Source: Malacoraja senta
Lineage: Eukaryota
Assembly (NCBI GenBank): GCA_038087875.1
Contig: JAXLNO010000440.1
Coordinates: 62,001-90,026, forward strand
Direction: 5' to 3'
DNA length: 28,026 bases
This document shows positions 21,072 through 28,026 of this stretch, in pieces. Each line of letters opens with the position of its first letter. Position 1 is the first letter of the stretch. The position numbers and the translations under genes were made by a program. The notes beneath the pieces are model-generated. The model saw only the letters and a list, made by a program, of their open reading frames with translations. It did not search any database and was not told the DNA's origin.

Positions 21072-21169
21072 GGTACACAAAAATGCTGGAGAAACTCAGC
21101 GGGTGCAGCAGCATCTATGGAGCGAAGGAAATAAGGTAACGTTTCGGGCCGAAACCCTTCTTCAGACTG
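21072..21169 (-). mobile_element. 98-bp PLE pseudo-LTR-derived insert with 14-bp TSD
   Basis: ATTGAAAGTAGGCA at 21058-21071 and 21170-21183; the body matches the PLE 3' end at 26447-26539. Confidence 0.92.
21135..21168 (-). ncRNA. Minimal type I hammerhead ribozyme motif (PLE-type)
   Basis: CUGAAGA-A-GGGU(UUCG)GCCC-GAAACGUU: intact core, 4-bp helix II, palindromic ACGU helix III; helix I is only about 2 bp locally. Confidence 0.7.
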
Positions 21170-21869
21170 ATTGAAAGTAGGCATGCAGGTGCAGCAGGAA
21201 GTGAAGAAAGCGAATGGTATGTTGGCCTTCATAGCAAGAGGATTTGAGTATAGGAGCAGGGAGGTTCTACTGCAGTTGTACAGGGTCTTGGTGAGACCAC
21301 ACCTGGAGTATTGCATACAGTTTTGGTCTCCAAATCTGAGGAAGGACATTATAGCCATAGAGGGAGTGCAGAGAAGGTTCACCAGACTGATTCCTGGGAT
21401 GTCAGGACTTTCATATGAAGAAAGACTGGATAGACTTGGCTTATACTCGCTAGAATTTAGGAGATTGAGAGGGGATCTTATAGAAACGTACAAAATTCTT
21501 ATGGGGTTGGACAGGCTAGATGCAGGAAGATTGTTCCCGATGTTGGGGAAGTCCAGGACAAGGGGTCACAACTTAAGGATAAGGGGGAAATACTTTAAGA
21601 CCGAGATGAGGAAAAACTTTTTCACACAGAGAGTGGTGAATCTCTGGAACTCTCTGCTACTGAGTTGGATGATCAGCCATGATCATATTGAATGGCGGTG
21701 CAGGCTCGAAGGGCCAAATGGCGTACTCCTGCACCTATTTTCTATGTATCTATGTATCTATGTCCACAGAAACGCCTACTGACCCATACTGTTGCTACGC
21801 TATGCCAAGTGGAGTACACGCGATGAACCGCAGGTAAGCACTGACCATTGTTTCCAGCGTAGTGGGCCC

Positions 21870-22499
21870 GTTAAAATCCGCCGAAATTGTCAATTTTGCG
21901 CTGTAAATAATTATGGAAATCGGGATAAGAGTGGGAGACATTTATCCTACTTCAGGATTCCAAAAGTGTGGAAAAATGACGGTAGGTAGAAGCTAGAGCT
22001 GAAGGGACAACAACAGCTAAAGTGCTTGGTGAACATTGGCCGTTTGCTCACTGCATTTCATCAACTAAGGAATAATTTGTGTTTTTTCTTGATTCCTTTG
22101 GCATCTAAAAAGTTTCACAAGTCATAAATCTGTCTGTAAAAATTTTAAATCGCCCATGGTTCTCAAGTGGGTTTTTACATACAAAAAGAAAACGCCTCTG
22201 AAGCAAAATTTACAGCCAGATTTATCACTTCTGAGACTTTTTAGATACCAAAGGAATCAAGAAAAAACACAAATAATGCCTTACTGTTGATGAAATGCAG
22301 TGAGCAAACGCGATAATTCCCAATATTTTCAATGTTTGCCAAGCACTTTAGCTGTTGTTGTCCCTTCAGCTCTCGCTTCTCTTTACCTTCATCTCGCTTC
22401 ACTTTTTGAATTCTGAAGTTGGGTACATGTCTCTCACACTTACCCCGACTTCCACAATTATTTACAGCGCAAAAAATCACCATTTTGGCGGTTTTTAAC
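21870..22499. mobile_element. Foldback element with a degenerate THAP-domain exon in each arm (DNA-transposon derived)
   Basis: Arms 21870-22146 and 22205-22499 are inverted. The minus arm reads MVIFCAVNNCGSR..FRI..LKCLANI..YRVCSLHFIN, followed by GTAAGG. Confidence 0.8.
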
Positions 22500-22567
22500 A
22501 GGTAGGAAAGTACACGTTTCGTGTATTAATAACATATACCGGAAGCTGCGATGTCCTCCAGATGGAT

Positions 22568-23993
22568 TAGAAACATAGAAAATATGTGCAAGAGTAGGCC
22601 ATTCGGCCCTTCGAGCCTGCACCGCCATTCAATATGATCATGGCTGATCATCCAACTCAGTATCCAGTACCTGCTTTCTCTCCATACCCCCTGATCCCTT
22701 TAGCCACAAGGGCCACATCTAACTCCCTCTTAAATATAGCCAATGAACTGGCCTCAACTACCTTCTGTGGCAGAGAATTCCACAGATTCACCACTCTGTG
22801 TGAAAAATGTTTTTCTCATCTCGGTCTTAAAAGACTTCCCCCTTATCCTTAAACTGTGACCCCGTGTTCTGGACTTCCCCAACATCAGGAACAATCTTCC
22901 TGCTTCTAGCCTGTCCAACCCCTTAAGAATTTTGTAAGTTCCTATAAGATCCCCCCTCAATCTTCTAAATTCTAGCGAGTACAAGCCGAGTCTATCCAGT
23001 CTTTCTTCATATGAAAGTCCTGCCATCCCAGGAATCAGTCTTGTGAACCTTCTCTGTACTCCCTCTATGGCAAGAATGTCTTTCCTCAGATTACGAGACC
23101 AATACTCTACGCGATACTCTAGGTGTGGTCTCACCAAGACCCTGTACAACTGCAGTAGTACCTCGCTGCTCCTATGCTCGTCCTTTTGCTATGAATGCTA
23201 ACATACCATTCACTTTCTTCACTGCCTGCTGCACCTGCATGCCTACTTTCAATGACTGGTGTACCATGACACCCAGGTCTCGTTGCATCTCCCCTTTTCC
23301 TAATCGGCCACCATTCAGATAATAGTCTACTTTCCTGTTTTTGCCACCAAAGTGGATAACCTCACATTTATCCACATTATACTGCATCTGCCATGCATTT
23401 GCCTACTCACCCAGCCTATCCAAGTCATCTTGCAGCCTCCTAGCACCCTCCTCACAGCTAACACTGCCCCCCAGCTTCGTGTCATCCGCAACTTTGAGAT
23501 GTTGCATTCAATTCCCTCGTCCAAATCATTAATATATATTGTAAATAGCTGGGGTCGCAGCACTGAGGCTTGTGGTACCCCACTAGTCACTGCCTGCCCT
23601 TCTGAAAAGGACCCGTTTACTCCTACTCTTTGCTTCCTGTCTGCCAGCCAGTTCTCTATCCACATCAATACTGAACCGTCAATACCATGTGCTTTAAGTT
23701 TGTATACTAATCTCTTATGTGGGACCTTGTCGAAAGCCTTCTGAAAGTCCAGATATAACACATCCACTGGTTCTCCCTTATCCACTCTACTAGTTACATC
23801 CTCGAAAAATTCTATAAGATTCGTCAGACATGATTTACCTTTCATAAATCCATGCTGACTGTCCAATGATTTCACCACTTTCCAAATGTGCTGCTATCCC
23901 ATCTTTAATAACTGACTCTAACATTTTTCCCTCTACCGATGTTAGACTAACTGGTCTGTAATTCCCCATTTTCTCTCTCGCTCCCTTTTCAAA
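22568..23993 (-). mobile_element. 5'-truncated CR1 (RT to tail), frameshifted
   Basis: ORFs 22754-23149, 23172-23387 and 23327-23878; NYRPVSLTS; TAGAAACATAGAAA tail. Confidence 0.95.
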
Positions 23994-24319
23994 AATAAAA
24001 TTGATAGTCTCACTGATGTGAAAGGTCTTTATTTTGCATAAAATAAATCTTTTGAACTTGGTTTGCAGCTGGAAACGTAAGGTTGCATACAACTTTGACA
24101 CGTTATGTGTGTGACAGTTGAATCCTGTCTCCAAAAGCCCAAAACGTAAATATGAATGAGGACAGGCAATGAACACATGTATTGTTTGTCCGCTGTTTGT
24201 TTTGAACTGTGAATCCTATCTTCAAGAAGGACCACATTAAATATGCAGAATGCAGGCAATTAAAACAGGGCTTCAATTGCGAAGGCCTCAATGGCTTCTA
24301 AGTGCATGTCGGTTTATTA

Positions 24320-27300
24320 AGAAACGCAGAAACATAGAAAATAGGTGCAGGAGGAGGCCATTCGTCCCTTCGAGCCAGCACCACCATTCATTGTGATCAT
24401 AGCTGGTCGTCCCCAATCAATAACCCGTGCCTGCCTTCTCCCCATATCCCTTGACTCCACTAACCCCTAGAGCTCTATCTAACTATCTCTTAAATCCATC
24501 CAGTGATTTGGCCTCCACTGCCCTCTGTGGCAGGGAATTCCACAAATTCACAACTCTCTGGGTGAAAAAGTTTCTTCTCACCTCAGTCTTAAATGGCCTC
24601 TACTTTATTCTAAGACTGGCCCCTGGTTCTGGACTCGCCCAACATTGGGAACATTTTTCCTGCATCTAGCTTGTCCAGTCCTTTTATAATTTTATAAGCT
24701 AGTACAAGATAACCCCTCATCCTTCTAAACTCCAGTGAATACAAGCCTAGTCTTTTCAATCTTTCCACATATGACAGTCCTGCCATCGCAGGGATCAATC
24801 TCGTGAACCTACGCTGCACTGCCTCAATCACAAGGATGTCCTTCCGCAAATTAGGAGACCAAAACTGTACGCAATACTCCAGATGTGGTCTCACCAGAGC
24901 CCTATACAACTGCAGAAGGACCTCTTTACTCCTATACTGAAATCCTCTTGTTATGAAGGCCAACTTTCCATTAGCTCAATGAGTTCCGCGCCCACCAGAC
25001 TTGGAGGTCGTCTACCGTCGCCTCCGCCTCACTACGTTCTTCCATGGGAAGGAGTCCTCGCCCCCTATTGTTGATCCCTTTTCCCGTCTCCAACAGACCC
25101 CCTCCTCTTGGACCCCCCCTCATGGCCTTCTGGCTTTAGACCTTTTTATTCAAAACTGCCAGCGGGACATGAACCCCCTCAACTTCTCCAGTCCCCTGTC
25201 TCACTCCAATCTCTCCCCCTCTGAAGTACAGCCATCGACTCACTCCACAACAACCCAGACTGGGTTATCAAACCCACTGAGAAGAGAGGTGCCATGGTAG
25301 TCTGGCGCGTCGATCTCTAGAAAGCTGAGGCCATGTGCCAACTCTCGGGCACCTCCTCCTACTTACCCCTGGACCATGACCCCACAGACGAGCACCAGGC
25401 CACTATCTCTAGCACCATCACCGACTTCATCAACTCCGACTCCCTGCCCCCCCACCCCCCCAAGCCTCCAACCTCATCATTCCCCAGCCCCGCACGGCCT
25501 GATTTTACCTTCTCCCCAAAATCCACAAACCTGACTGTCCCGGTGGACCCATTGTCTCTGCCTGTTCGTCCCCTACCGAACTTATTTCCACATACCTCGA
25601 CTCCATCCTATCCCCCTTGGTTAAATCCCTGCCCTACTATAGATGAGGCTCTAACCAGGGTCTCATCCATACCCCGTAACACTGCTCTCTCTCCCCCCCC
25701 ACTCATAACAAGGGCAGAGTCCCCCTAGTCCTCACCTTTCACCCCAAAAGCTGTCACATACATCAAATAGTCTTCCGACAATTTCGCCACCTCCAACATG
25801 ACCCCACCACTGGCCACATCTTCCCATCTCCCCCCCTGTCTGCTTTCCACAGAGACCGCTTCCTCCGTAACTCCCTGGTCAATTCTGCCCTTCCCTCCCG
25901 CACCACCCCCTCCCCGGGCACTTTCCCTTGCAACCGCAAGAGATGCTACACTACTCACTTTACCTCCCCCCTCGACTCCTTCCAAGGACCCAGCATTCGT
26001 TCCAGGTGCGGCAGAGGTTCACCTGCATTTCATCCAACCTCATCTATTGCATCCGCTGCTCTAGATGTCAGCTGATCTACACCAGTGAGACCAAGCGTAG
26101 GCTTGGCGATCGTTTCGCCGAACACATCCGCTCGGTTCGCATTAACCAACCTGATATCCCGGTGGCTCAGCACTTCATCTCCCTCTCCCATTCCGAATCT
26201 GACCTTTCTGGCCTGGGCCTCCTCCATGGCCAGAGTGAGGCCCACCGTAAATTGGAGGAGCAGCACCTCATATTCCGCTTGGGCAGTTTGCACCCTAGTG
26301 GCATGAACACTGACTTCTCCAATATCCGGTAGCCCTTGCTGTCTCCCCCCCTTCTCAGCTCTCGCTCAGCGCTCGGGCTCCTCCTCTTCCTTTCTCCTTT
26401 CTCCTTTCTCCTTTCTCCCCCCACCCCCACCCCCATCCTACATCCATCTGAAGAAGGGTTTCGGCCCAAAACGTTGCCTATTTCCTTCGCACCATAGATG
26501 CTGCTGCACCCGCTGAGTTTCTCCAGCATTTTTGTCTACATTCCATTAGCTATCTTCACTGCCTGCTGTACCTGCACGCCAACGTTCAGTGACCAGTGTA
26601 CAAGGACACCCAGGTCTCGCTGTACTTCCGCCTGACCTAACCTAACCCCATTGAGATAATAATCTGCCCCCTTGTTTTTGCCGCCAAAGTGGATAACCTC
26701 ACATTTATCTATATTATACTGCATCTGCCACGCATCTGCCCACTCACTCAACCTGTCCAGGTCATCCTGCAACCTCCTAACGTCCTCAACACAGTTCACA
26801 CTGCCACCCAACTTGCTAGTGTTGCTCCTAATTCCCTCTTCCAAATCATTAATATATATGGTAAACAGTTGCGGCCCCAACACTGAGCCTTGCGGCACTC
26901 CACTCGCCACTGCCTGCCATTCTGAAAAGGACCCTTCACTCCTACTGTTTGCTTCCTGTCTGCCAACCAATTTTCTATCCATGTCAACACCCTACCACCA
27001 ATACCATGTGCTCTAATTTTAGTCACCAGTCTCCAGTGTGGGACCTTATTAAAAGCTTTCTGAAACTCTAGATACACTACATCCACTGGCTCCCCTTCAT
27101 CCATTTTACTTGTCACATCCTCAAACAATTCCAGAAGATTAGTCAAGCATGATTTTCCTTTCATAAATCCATGTTCACTTGGACTAATCCTTTCACTGCT
27201 ATCCAAATGCCCCATTATTCCCTCTTTAATAATTGACTCCAGCATCTTTCCCACCACCAAAGTCACGCTAACTGGTCTGTAATTCCCTGTTTTCTCTCTC

Positions 27301-28026
27301 GCTCCTTTCTTGAAAAGTGGGATAACATTAGCTATCCTCCAATCCACAGGAACTGATTCTGAATCTATTGAACATTGGAAAATGATCACCAATGTGTCCA
27401 CTATTTCTAGAGCCACCTCCCTGAGGACCCTGGGATGCAGACCATCAGGCCCAGGGGATTTATCATCCTTCAGTCCCATTAGCCTACCCAATACTATTTC
27501 TCGCCTAATGACAATTTCTTTCAGTTCCTCTACCCCCTTAGATCCCCTGTCCTCCAGTACATCTGGGAGATTGTTTGTGTCTTCCTTAGTGAAGACAGAT
27601 CCGAAGTACCTGTTCAACTCTTCTGCCATTTCCTTGTTGCCCATAATAATTTCACCCGTGTCTGCCTTCAAGGGACCCACATTTGACTTTTCTACTGTTT
27701 TTCCCTTAACATATCTAAAGAAGCTTTTACTGTCCTTCTTTATATTCCTGGCCAGCTTCCCTTCGTACTTCATCTTTTTCAGCCTGTATTGCCCGTTTTG
27801 TTTCCTTCTGCTGTCCTATGAAAGTTTCCCAATCCTCTGGCTTCCGGCTACTCTTTGCTGTGTAATACATTTTTTCTTTTAGTTTTATTCTATCCCTAAC
27901 TTCTCTTGTCAGCCACGGTTGCCTCCTACTCCCCTTAGAATCTTTCTCCCTTTTTGGAATGAAATGATCCTGCGTCTTCCTGATTATGCCCAGAAATTCC
28001 TGCCATTGCAGTTCCACCGTCATTCC
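24320..28026 (-). mobile_element. CR1 ORF2 (RT to tail), interrupted by a PLE; continues beyond the window
   Basis: ORFs 24610-24963, 26536-26982, 26796-27773 and 27727-28023; the reading KIANG|MLAFIT is split by the insert. Confidence 0.95.
24977..26537 (+). mobile_element. Penelope-like element with internal RT deletion, GIY-YIG domain and 3' pseudo-LTR with hammerhead
   Basis: TCISSNLIYCIRCSRCQLIYTSETKRRLGDRFAEH (GIY-YIG); PARPDF-like and [14 protein letters not shown] pre-RT motifs; TSD AC(T/A)TTCCATTAGCT at 24963-24976 and 26538-26551; CTGAAGAAGGGTTTCGGCCCAAAACGTT at 26448-26475. Confidence 0.92.

Larger units (their letters stand above)
18548..21763 (+). mobile_element. Near full-length CR1 ORF2 (APE + RT) with frameshifts, a 98-bp insert, a 3' deletion and a (TCTATGTA)n tail
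   Basis: CLNARSI through FADD to WNSL across ORFs 18767-19981, 19962-20606, 20645-21139 and 21171-21782; very similar to 1849-4030. Confidence 0.96.

Noticed and set aside
18134..21763. Active autonomous CR1
   Set aside because: ORF1 is 5'-truncated and frameshifted; ORF2 has several frameshifts, an insert and a 3' deletion.
23994..24318. Cys-containing minus-strand ORF (TCQSCMQP) resembling a piggyBac-type Cys-rich tail
   Set aside because: Only one CxxC and no other support; needs a homology search.

Overview
Eukaryotic (vertebrate) genomic DNA, most likely a cartilaginous fish such as a skate or ray. That assignment is an inference from the repeat complement: several CR1 LINE subfamilies with an SGNH-esterase ORF1, V-SINE pieces, Penelope-like elements (PLEs), Rex1/Babar, L1 and L2. 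Most of the window is nested, decayed transposable elements and CT/GA microsatellites. The only likely host gene is a tandem C2H2 zinc-finger coding exon on the minus strand (7026-7916). It has a clear upstream splice acceptor, further frameshifted fingers after the stop, and a candidate first exon and CpG promoter near 15 kb. Most notable observations: (i) PLE-derived short units carry minimal hammerhead-ribozyme motifs, including a 98-bp insert with a perfect 14-bp TSD; (ii) two PLE-type inserts sit antisense about 39 nt apart in CR1 coordinates; (iii) a ~630-bp foldback whose two arms each encode a THAP-domain exon; (iv) an inverted copy of the ZNF 5'UTR fused to a CRE/ETS-rich repeat, part of which is patched in-frame into a neighbouring CR1; (v) a non-autonomous hAT element with an 8-bp TSD nested in another hAT-like end inside a V-SINE. 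No prokaryotic features, CRISPR arrays, rRNA or intact tRNA genes were seen. All alignments were made by eye, so boundaries are approximate.
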